Below, one piece after another: positions 9,632-19,924 of a DNA stretch of 48,636 nt. Source of the stretch: Vitrella brassicaformis CCMP3155 (lineage: Eukaryota; Protista; Chromerida); assembly GCA_001179505.1 (NCBI GenBank), contig CDMY01000576.1, positions 1-48,636 of the forward strand, given 5' to 3'. Position 1 is the first letter of the stretch. Every line of letters starts with the position of its first letter. The position numbers were made by a program, and so were the translations under genes. The notes under the pieces are model-generated. The model ran no database searches. It had not been told where the DNA came from and saw nothing but the letters and a program-made list of their open reading frames with translations.

Positions 9632-12249
9632 CTAGCCACCATCGTGCTCTTGCTGATGCTGCGGTTGCCTGAGGCCGTCAATCAGGCGCATGGCCGCCTC
9701 GGCGATGGCATGCTGGCTCGATATCAGACGCTCCACACGCTCACACCAGTCCCCCAACCTGCACACAACACACAACACAGGCATGAGGTGGGGCCACCAT
9801 CGTTGACGTGTCCGCGTGTGAGTTCGTCTCACCAGTGTGGCGGGTACGGCTCGCCGAGCATCTCTCCCGCACTCTCCCTCTGCACCATCTGCTTCCATCG
9901 GCTCAGCTGCGTCAGCTTGTCGCCAAATCGGCTGGCCATCTCGCGCACGGCCTGCTCAAGAGTCGATAGGCACAGAGCCTGCTCACCACAGAGAGAAGGA
10001 CTTTCCGTCGGGTCACCAGATGAGATGAGGTATCTGCACTGACTTACATCGAGTTGCGATGTGGCTGGGTCGAGCGGCTCTTTGTCGTGCAGTATCGACG
10101 GCAGTGAGTCGATGTCATCGTTCAGGCACACACGCAGCGTGGTCCACAGCGACGCCGCAATCACAGGAGGGCTCACTCTGACCACAGAACAATCCCAGCC
10201 ACCCATCATTGCGCAATTTGCTTTTTGTGTCCATCCATCGTTGTGTGTCATGGTCACCTGAGGAGGTGCTCCACAGGGATGTCGTGGTGGGCCATGATGA
10301 ACTCCTTGGCCTCGGCGGCTTCGCCATCGTCTGGCGGCTGGAAACGGAGGGCGAGGGTGTCGTGGGGATTGGGGGGCGGGGCGGTGAAGCCGTAATGCAG
10401 CAGAGACTCCCATGACTGAAGGTATGCACACATCGATCACATGGCCAGTCAGTCTCCATGACAGGACAAGATGACGGTCGGTTCCCTGCCTCTCTCTACC
10501 TGTAGAGGGCCGTAGCTGAGAAACACTTGCACACCTGCCTGCTTGGCGCCGCTGCGCATCGACACATCCACACACCTGATGGCATCAATACAACCAACCA
10601 CATGAGTGAGTGAGTGAATTGCACATTGTTTCCTCCCTCCCCACCCACGTGCCTTGCCTACCTTTTGACAGCATCGAAGCGTGGCACGTCGCATTGCCCC
10701 CTCGCGTGATGGTTCATCATATCGACAGCAGGCACCAGACACGAACACCGACCGTCGGCCATGTCCAGCCACCCCTCCGCCCTCACACCATCCCCCACCT
10801 CATACACGACCACGCGCCCCGCATCCTTGTCCTTGCACTCGGGCAACACCGGGAGAAAGGGCACTGGCGAGGAGTCCTCAGCAGCATCGCCGCTCCCATC
10901 CTCCTCGTCGTCGGCCATGGCGTTGGTCTCCCTCTTCCGAACCTCCGACAGAGATGCCGGCTGGACGGCTAGCGCATGGAACGACAGAGGCGGCAGGGAG
11001 GGAGGCGGGTCGACCCTCAGCGCCACACAGCGGGAGTCGATGACACTCTTCGCCCAGAGGAATCTGTCCCAGCCAAAGTGGGACGGAGGGGCGAATACGT
11101 GAGGGAAGAGCACACCGAGTCGCGAGAAGAGGCCGCAGTACATGGTGTAGAGGTCGCCCTTCACCGTATCAGCCGCCTCCTTGACGGCCTCCATCTCGAG
11201 GAAGTCCAGCACTTCTGGAGGGCCAAGCAGCAGCGAGTCGGTGTCGTCAGGGATGAGTGAGAGGGGAAAGCTGGGATGGCGGGTCTCAAGCAGCAAGAAT
11301 AGCATCAGCACCACATCACACGGGATGGTCTCAGGCAGCTCTGCCCACTCATTCTCGTCGGTCTTGATGCGTTTGGCGGGCCGCGCGTTTCCATCCCCCT
11401 CTTCTCTCATGGCAGCGTCTTCGATTGGCTTCCTGGCTGCAGGGCACAGCAGGTAGACCGCCACCACGCCAAAGACAGCCGACGAAAGAGCCGAGAGGAC
11501 ATTCAGGAGGCATTTCTCAGGGACGGATAAGACCGTCGTCCCCGATTCGATTGGCCCAGTGGTGTACCAGCCTCGCATGTGGGTCGAGTCGGCCGCCTCC
11601 GGTGAGGCGAGCTGCATGTGGGGATGCACGAGGCCGCCTTGAGCGGATAGCCATTGCTGCATGCTGTGTGTCTGTGTGTGCATGGGGAGAGGGGCTGAGG
11701 GGAGGGGGCCGCAGGCCGGCTGACAGAAAGTGTCGATCTGCTGCTGCACAGACACAGCCAGGGGATGTGTTGCTGGCAGGCCCAACGACTCGACGGCAGC
11801 TTGGCAGCGAAACAGGGCCTGCGAATGACGCCAAGCAACGTACGCCAAGCAACGCCAAGCAACGTACATCTGTGACAGCCGGATGCATGACAGACAGGTT
11901 TTGGACAGACTCTGACCTTTCGATGGTTGGATGGGTTGTCATAGATGGTGTCAAGCGCCGCATAGGCACTCCCCTCATCCGCATGCCGCCGGTCCCACTC
12001 CCAGTCGTGCAAGAAGTAGAGATCTTGCGGACTCATCGACAGCACTCGGAATGCGTCCACCAGCCGCCTCACATCGTCCCTGTCATCATTCCAGTGGTAA
12101 TAAGGCCGAGAGGCGCCCTCTTCCTGCTGCTCATGGATGCTGTCACCGATGCCCAGCCGCTGCAAGATGATCTGTTGCAGATTGATCAGCTCGGGATGGC
12201 GTTCTGCCGCATCCTCCTTAAGCAGCAGTGAAACTTGCATCATGGGCAT
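9632..12249 (-). CDS. SET-domain protein lysine/histidine methyltransferase of the SETD3/Rubisco-LSMT-like class
   Basis: N-SET QWLSAQGGLVHP..RGWYTTGPIESGTTVLSVPEKCLL; FLWAKSVIDSR; catalytic-region LVPAVDMMNH; C-SET QVFLSYGPLQ..LLHYGF; then a helical substrate-binding-like region (NPHDTLALRF...LWTTLRVCL). Ends EHDGG* at 9632. Confidence 0.85.
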
Positions 12250-12363
12250 CTCTCAACGCCGTAACGAACGAACGGATCGCCTTCGGCGCTAAGCTCGCAC
12301 TGCCAAGACTCCTTCCGGTGTTTTTGGAGGTTGAGAAGGCTGAGAGCAGCTCCTGCGTGAGTC

Positions 12364-14069
12364 ATGGAGCGATGCATGAGTTCATTTCGTCGCCCCCATT
12401 CATCGGCCCTTCGCCTCATCGCTCCCACGCCCCGCCCTCTGACGCAGTGCCATCAGACAAGGCACACGTCGAGTGCTGCCAGTGAGGCCTCAATGGAAGT
12501 CGCAACGACAGAACCCGGCGCACAGGTGAGAAAGATGACATCAGTGGGAGGGGGGGGTCGGACAGACAGGCAGACAGACACTTCAACGTGTGCAGGTCTC
12601 TCGCTCGCTGGTCGACAAACGGCGAATACGAGTGAGAATGACAAGAAAGGGGCAAAGGTCTTCGGGCGCGTCGATGAGTGGATTTCACTCGTGTGTCATT
12701 TGTGTGTGTGTGTTTAGGTGAGAGGCGGGAGGGGCGGCGATGGAGTGGTCAAGTACATCAAGCACGCTAAGCACATTATGGTCGGCCCAGGTCAGTCGGT
12801 CATCGGCACACTGCAGGACAATCACACACACACACGACGTACCGAGAGGCTGGTTTGTTCTCCTCCGCAGGCTGGCCTGCGGGCGGGGCTGGAGGTCAGG
12901 GAGGCTCCGTGTTCGCCGAAACCACCACGCGGCCGGTGGACACCATCCTGGGACACCTCAAGGGCGTCATGCAAGCCGACCCCGGCGAACACGGCTGGGT
13001 GAGCAAGCACACACACCACCATGGGCACACCAGTCATTTGCCACCTCTCCGCTGCGCGTCTGTGTGTCGCAGAAGAATCGCGCCAACGGTGCGAGTGGTG
13101 CTCACAAGGTGCTGACATTGCCCCGCGGCTGTGTGATATGGCGGCTGAGGACGGAGGAGCCCCCGGCTGAGATGTCTGCACCGCCCGTGGCCATCGAGAG
13201 GGAGTGGCTCAGCGAAGAGGCACTCGTGGAAGAACAAATGAGGGAAATGGCACAGCAGCAGCAGGATGATGATGAGGGCCGGGAGATGGCCGTCGACGAG
13301 CCTGGGTGAGAGAAGGGAATTGACGCGGTGCGTGTGACTGGTCACCTGCTGTGGATGCAGTTTCTCGTGGCATGGGAGCTATGAGAAGGAGCTGATCGCC
13401 GATATGAACGATGTGGTGAGCAAAGCCAGAGGGAAGACCTTTACGTGTTGATGCACCTGTCTGCCTCGGTGTGTGCCTGGCGTCAGGGTGAGCGCATTCT
13501 GCTGGCTCGTGGAGGGAGGGGCGGGCGAGGAAACACGAGCATGTAACCGAGACAAACCAATCTCGCCGACAGCGAGATGACTGCATCTTATCTGTCTGTG
13601 TGTCAGGAACCCCCACGACGCAGAGAAGGGCGAACCTGGCGAGAGCGTCTTCATCGTCAGCTGACTCACACCCACACACACCGCCATCCACCCACCATGT
13701 GTGTGCGGCCCTCCGATGGTGTGTGCAGGAGCTGGAGCTCAAATCGATAGCTGACGCGGGCCTGGTGGGCTTCCCAAACGCAGGGAAGTCGACACTCCTC
13801 GGAGCGGTCAGCCACACACACACAGACCCACTCATCCCTCCACCTGTCATCCCCGCGTGTGTGTGTGTGTGCAGATATCCCGTTCGTGTCCCAAGATCGC
13901 GCCCTACCCCTTCACCACCCTGGCGCCGCACATCGGCCGCGTCGAATACGCCGACGGGCAGACCATCTCGGTGGCCGACCTCCCCGGCCTCGTCGAGGGC
14001 GCGTCCATCAACATCGGCCTCGGCCATGAGTTTCTGCGTCACATCGAGCGCACCATGGTGCTGGTCTAT
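12364..14069 (+). CDS. obg: Obg/CgtA-family GTPase, copy 1 (organellar type; cut by gap)
   Basis: Gly-rich Obg-fold motifs [17 protein letters not shown] and [11 protein letters not shown]; [24 protein letters not shown] (G1); YPFTTL (G2); [11 protein letters not shown] (G3). The Arg/Ser-rich N-terminus looks like a transit peptide. Confidence 0.85.
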
Positions 14070-14369
14070 NNNNNNNNNNNNNNNNNNNNNNNNNNNNNNN
14101 NNNNNNNNNNNNNNNNNNNNNNNNNNNNNNNNNNNNNNNNNNNNNNNNNNNNNNNNNNNNNNNNNNNNNNNNNNNNNNNNNNNNNNNNNNNNNNNNNNNN
14201 NNNNNNNNNNNNNNNNNNNNNNNNNNNNNNNNNNNNNNNNNNNNNNNNNNNNNNNNNNNNNNNNNNNNNNNNNNNNNNNNNNNNNNNNNNNNNNNNNNNN
14301 NNNNNNNNNNNNNNNNNNNNNNNNNNNNNNNNNNNNNNNNNNNNNNNNNNNNNNNNNNNNNNNNNNNNN
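14070..14369. other. Assembly gap (300 N)
   Basis: Run of exactly 300 N. Confidence 1.
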
Positions 14370-15140
14370 CTTCAGCATGGACAAGATTGGCTGCATCGGC
14401 TTATCCAGCCGCTGCCAGCCTTTCTGCCATACTTAGCACTCCCTGCACACCAGCGGCGTGTGCTTTTTCTCTTCCGTACCGGTTGTCATCCGTCTGCTCT
14501 CATGGATGGCCGATTGATCGACTGTCCGCGAGAATATAGATCATGTGCTTACTGCTCGCATCGTAATGATCTGTTGGTTTCGGTCCGTGATGTCGGTGGT
14601 CATAGTGTGCCTCGTCCTCCAGTAGAGGATGAGACACACATACTTGTCTCGTGTCCTCTGTATTCTACATTGCGTCACGCACTTTTCTCCACCATTCATA
14701 AGTATGGTATTACCGCCCCTGATGCTTGTAACTACAAGCGATGGAGCAAGGCGCACCCTATAGTTTTCACTACCTCTCTGCTGCAGTCAGATAAGCTACC
14801 GCTCCTTTCAGCAGTTGCAGACTTCCTCCTAGCTGCACACAAGGAGCGGGCTCGCTGGCTTGCACTCAATCCATCTCTCCCACCCAGTCAGTTTGATGGT
14901 GAGTATGACTTCATATATGAGTTGCATGAGATGGAGCAGTGGGTGCTTGACGCTGACTTGTCAGACTAGCACCCACTGCTCCATGGGAAGGGCAGATAGG
15001 CCTTGTGCATGCATTCTGCATGTGCCTGTTGCCTGTTTGGTGTGTGCTGTGGACAGAGAAGATGCCTGGTTGCGCCGGAAGGTAGCGCCGGGCTTAGGGA
15101 CAGGTGTCTCGTCAAACCCTTAACCAACCAACCAACCAAT
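14370..15140 (+). mobile_element. 3' end of a LINE-type non-LTR retrotransposon: ORF2 C-terminal CCHC knuckle, 3' UTR and (AACC)n tail
   Basis: Intronless frame ...RRVLFLFRTGCHPSALMDGRLIDCPREYRSCAYC...VEDETHILVSCPLYSTLRHALF... with stop at 14969. It matches the R..L..FR.G.H.....GR....PRE.R.C..C..EDE.H.L..CP.Y..LR pattern of LINE ORF2 C-termini. (AACC)4 at 15122-15137. Confidence 0.75.
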
Positions 15141-15195
15141 GTTTTTGGAAGGCTGAGAAGTGCTGAGAAGGGTGAGAACGGCTGCTGCATGAGTC

Positions 15196-17468
15196 ATGGA
15201 GCGATGCATGAGTTCATTTTGTCGCCCCCATTCATCGGCCCTCCGCCTCATCGCTCCCATGCCCTGCCCTCTGACGCATTGCCGTCAGACAAGGCACACG
15301 TCGAGTGGTGCCAGTGAGGCCTCGATGGAAGTCGCAACGACAGAACCCGGCGCACAGGTGAGAAAGNNNNNNNNNNNNNNNNNNNNNNNNNNNNNNNNNN
15401 NNNNNNNNNNNNNNNNNNNNNNNNNNNNNNNNNNNNNNNNNNNNNNNNNNNNNNNNNNNNNNNNNNNNNNNNNNNNNNNNNNNNNNNNNNNNNNNNNNNN
15501 NNNNNNNNNNNNNNNNNNNNNNNNNNNNNNNNNNNNNNNNNNNNNNNNNNNNNNNNNNNNNNNNNNNNNNNNNNNNNNNNNNNNNNNNNNNNNNNNNNNN
15601 NNNNNNNNNNNNNNNNNNNNNNNNNNNNNNNNNNNNNNNNNNNNNNNNNNNNNNNNNNNNNNNNNNGGGGGGGGTGAGGCAGACAGGCAGACAAGCCACA
15701 TCGGTTCTTCGGCGTGTGCAGGTCTCTCGGTCGCTGGTCGACAAACGGCGAATACGAGTGAGAATGACAAGAAAGGGGCAAAGGTCTTCGGGCGCGTTGA
15801 TGAGTGGCTTTCACTCGTGTGTCGTGTGTGTGTGTGTGTGTTTAGGTGCGGGGCGGGAGGGGCGGCGACGGAGTGGTCAAGTACATCAAGCATGCTAAGC
15901 ACATTATGGTCGGCCCAGGTCAGTCAGTCATCGGCACACTGCAGGACAATCACACACACACACACGACGCACCGAGAGGCTGGTTTGTTCTCCTTGGCAG
16001 GCTGGCCGTCCGGTGGGGCTGGAGGTCAGGGAGGCTCCGTGTTCGCCGAGATCACCACTCGGCCCGTGGACACCATCCTGGGACACCTCAAGGGCGTCAT
16101 GCAAGCCGACCCCGGCGAACACGGATGGGTGAGGAAGCACACACACCACCATGAGCACACCGGGTCATTTGCCATCTCTCCGCTGCGGGTCTGTGTGTCG
16201 CAGAAGAATCGCGCCAACGGTGCGAGTGGTGCTCACAAAGTGCTGACATTGCCCCGCGGCTGTGTGATATGGCGGCTGAGGACGGAGGAGCCCCCAGCTG
16301 AGATGTCTGCACCGCCCGTGGCCATCGAGAGGGAGTGGCTCAGCGAAGAGGCACTCGTGGAAGAGCAAATGAGGGAAATGGCACAGCAGCAGCAGCAGGA
16401 TGATGATGATGATGAGGGCCGGGAGATGGCCGTCGACGAGCCTGGGTGAGAGAAAGGAATTGACGCGGTGCGTATGAGTGGTCATCTGCTGTGGATGCAG
16501 TTTCTCGTGGCATGGGAACTATGAGAAGGAGCTGATCGCCGACATGAACGATGTGGTGAGCAAAGCCAGAGGGAAGACCTTCACGTGTTGATGCACCTAT
16601 CTGCCTCGGTGTCTGCCTGCTGTCAGGGTGAGCGCATTCTGCTGGCTCGTGGAGGGAGGGGCGGGCGAGGAAACACGAGCATGTAACCGAGACAAACCAA
16701 TCTCGCCGACAGCGAGATGACTGCATCTTATCTGTCTGTGTGTCAGGAACCCCCACGACGCAGAGAAGGGCGAACCTGGCGAGAGCGTCTTCATCGTCAG
16801 CTGACTCACACCCACACACACCGCCATCCACCCACCATGTGTGTGCCGCTCTCCGATGGTGTGTGCAGGAGCTGGAGCTCAAATCGATAGCTGACGCGGG
16901 CCTGGTGGGCTTCCCAAACGCAGGGAAGTCGACACTCCTCGGAGCGGTCAGCCACACACACACAGACCCACTCATCCCTCCACCTGTCATCCCCGCGTGT
17001 GTGTGTGTGTGCAGATATCCCGTTCGTGTCCCAAGATCGCGCCCTACCCCTTCACCACCCTGGCGCCGCACATCGGCCGCGTCGAATACGCCGACGGGCA
17101 GACCATCTCGGTGGCCGACCTCCCCGGCCTCGTCGAGGGCGCGTCCATCAACATCGGCCTCGGCCATGAGTTTCTGCGTCACATCGAGCGCACCATGGTG
17201 CTGGTCTATGTGGTGGACATGGCCCACAGCCCACTGCCGCCCCTGCAGACCTTCGAGGCGCTCAGGCGAGAAGTGGCCGCCTACTCGCGGCAAGTGGTGG
17301 AGAAGGTCTCTTGCGTGGTGAGCAATGACTCCACCAAAGAGGCGCTGACACACACGGATATGAGTGTGTGTGGGGTGCAGGTGGCCAACAAGTGTGACAT
17401 TCGCCCAGACGACACCCTGCCCAAAGTCGATGAGTTCTGGAAAGAGGTACCCACACACATAGCCCTCC
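15196..17468 (+). CDS. obg: Obg/CgtA-family GTPase, copy 2 (interrupted by the gap at 15367-15666; 3' end cut by the next gap)
   Basis: Same exon chain as copy 1 with substitutions, extending through HIERT, YVVD and ANKCD (G4) to EFWKE. Confidence 0.85.
15367..15666. other. Assembly gap (300 N) inside the first intron of Obg copy 2
   Basis: Run of exactly 300 N. The homologous intron in copy 1 suggests only ~15 nt are missing. Confidence 1.
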
Positions 17469-17768
17469 NNNNNNNNNNNNNNNNNNNNNNNNNNNNNNNN
17501 NNNNNNNNNNNNNNNNNNNNNNNNNNNNNNNNNNNNNNNNNNNNNNNNNNNNNNNNNNNNNNNNNNNNNNNNNNNNNNNNNNNNNNNNNNNNNNNNNNNN
17601 NNNNNNNNNNNNNNNNNNNNNNNNNNNNNNNNNNNNNNNNNNNNNNNNNNNNNNNNNNNNNNNNNNNNNNNNNNNNNNNNNNNNNNNNNNNNNNNNNNNN
17701 NNNNNNNNNNNNNNNNNNNNNNNNNNNNNNNNNNNNNNNNNNNNNNNNNNNNNNNNNNNNNNNNNNNN
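17469..17768. other. Assembly gap (300 N)
   Basis: Run of exactly 300 N. Confidence 1.
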
Positions 17769-17776
17769 GGCGTCAG

Positions 17777-18887
17777 GGTGAGCGCATTCTGCTGGCTCGT
17801 GGAGGGAGGGGCGGGCGAGGAAACACGAGCATGTAACCGAGACAAACCAATCTCGCCGACAGCGAGATGACTGCATCTTATCTGTCTGTGTGTCAGGAAC
17901 CCCCACGACGCAGAGAAGGGCGAACCTGGCGAGAGCGTCTTCATCGTCAGCTGACTCACACCCACACACACCGCCATCCACCCACCATGTGTGTGCCGCT
18001 CTCCGATGGTGTGTGCAGGAGCTGGAGCTCAAATCGATAGCTGACGCGGGCCTGGTGGGCTTCCCAAACGCAGGGAAGTCGACACTCCTCGGAGCGGTCA
18101 GCGACACACACACACAGGCCCACCCATCCCTCCGCCTGTCATCCCTGTGTGTGTGTGTGTGCAGATATCCCGTTCGTGTCCCAAGATCGCGCCCTACCCC
18201 TTCACCACCCTGGCGCCACACATCGGCCGCGTCGAATACGCCGACGGGCAGACCATCTCGGTGGCCGACCTCCCCGGCCTCGTCGAGGGCGCGTCCATCA
18301 ACATCGGCCTCGGCCATGAGTTTCTGCGTCACATCGAGCGCACCATGGTGCTGGTCTATGTGGTGGACATGGCCCACAGCCCACTGCCGCCCCTGCAGAC
18401 CTTCGAGGCGCTCAGGCGAGAAGTGGCCGCCTACTCGCGGCAAGTGGTGGAGAAGGTCTCTTGCGTGGTGAGCAATGACTCCACCAAAGAGGCGCTGACA
18501 CACACGGATATGAGTGTGTGTGGGGTGCAGGTGGCCAACAAGTGTGACATTCGCCCAGACGACACCCTGCCCAAAGTCGATGAGTTCTGGAAAGAGGTAC
18601 CCACACACATAGCCCTCCTTAGACATGCACCTCCCCCCACTGCCCCCTCTCTTCAGATGCAGGCCTACTACCCCGGCGTCCCCGTCATCGCCCTCAGTGC
18701 CCGCCTGGGCCAGGGGGTCCGCACTCTCGTCAAGCGGCTCAGGCGGCAGGTGGCTGAGGCACAGTCGCGGGAGGCGAAGGCCCTGGAGAGCTACACCAGC
18801 CGGGCGGCCGGCGTGAGTGAGCAGTACGACAGACAGGAGGAATTCAGAAAAGAGTGGAGAGCGATCGAACAAAGATATGGCGCGTGA
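17777..18887 (+). CDS. obg: Obg/CgtA-family GTPase, copy 3 (3' half, including the only visible stop codon)
   Basis: Begins at exon [10 protein letters not shown] and contains G1-G5 ([23 protein letters not shown]). Ends RAIEQRYGA* at 18887. Near-identical to 16627-17468. Confidence 0.85.
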
Positions 18888-19924
18888 CGAGGTGGAGCGG
18901 TGGTTGGTGGATGTGGTCTTCTCCCTGGTGCTGCTGGTCGATGTGACCTTACTGATTGAGTCCATGCAGTCTGCCAGCAAAGGTGCGGACACAATGGACG
19001 AGCACCAGCCGGCCTCCACTTCCTTCCGTCTCTCGTGAAGGGCCTATGGGTACATGAGACACTGCCATGGGTAGCACTGCCCTCACTGGTCTTTTTGTCG
19101 TGGCTTTTGGTGGCTAATCTATCTACCTGGCGCCGGCCATGCCATCGCTGTGTGCCAGGTGTTGAGCAGGCAGGTTCGGTGCACGTGTGTCTTGGACTGT
19201 TGATGTCAGTGAGGCGATGCGATTTTCGAGGGCACTCCATGGAGCTCATGAAGGGGTCCCACTCAGTGCCAATGAAGGTGAACACCACCTCACCATGCAC
19301 ACACTCCTGCAAACCATGGCATGAAACCCTCCATTGCAAAGGTCAACAAGAAATGCAAGCCGTTCCGGTCCACACTGCTGGCTGGTCGAGCGATGAGGCC
19401 TCTCTGAGCACCCGGCAGAGGTCAAATGGAGGCCCTCTCCGCCTAAGCATGAGCATCTCAGGCATCACACCTCCACCTGGCCGGCCAGAAAGATCGATCA
19501 AAGTGAGGGATGTCACGCGATCTGACCTCTCTGCGGCAGCAGCCATCCTTTCTCCCTCTGTCTGCCTCTAACGGCCTCCCGTTGTCCACATGCAGAGAAC
19601 GAAATTCAAATGCAGATTTTCGCGAGCTGAGACGGAGACAAAGATTTACGAGACTGCGGGCCCTTCTTCATTATTTTCCGTCCCAGTTCGGCTTTGCAGC
19701 CTTGTTTCGGCCACAGATTCTCCGTTTCCTTTTCTTTTCGGCTGGTTGTTGGCTTGTGTTGCCCGCCGCACCTCCCTCTACCCCTCCCAACTCGTCCGGA
19801 CGTCGCCCGCCACTTTTTCCTCCACGCCGTGCCTCGGGTGAGGCCTCGTTTGGTGGCGCCCTGACTTCTGCGGAGCGGCTGGCGACTGCCTGGCGCCTGC
19901 CGAGTGCGCACGCACCTTCGCATA

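Noticed and set aside
13540-13660. Apparent in-frame stop or phase conflict after GNTSM in Obg, suggesting a non-canonical intron or recoding
   Set aside because: Recounting the C-run shows a normal phase-2 GT-AG intron giving [17 protein letters not shown]
13857-14969. 370-aa ORF apparently fusing an Obg G-domain to a CCHC zinc knuckle
   Set aside because: The join runs through a 300-N placeholder gap; the two sides are an Obg exon and a LINE fragment
17262-19019. Long minus-strand ORFs over the Obg copies (585, 545 and 395 aa)
   Set aside because: They are antisense shadows of GC-rich coding exons, inflated by N runs, with no recognisable motifs
18900-19590. Several 60-180-aa ORFs on both strands downstream of Obg
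   Set aside because: No motif and no phase-consistent exon chain; may be UTR or a decayed gene
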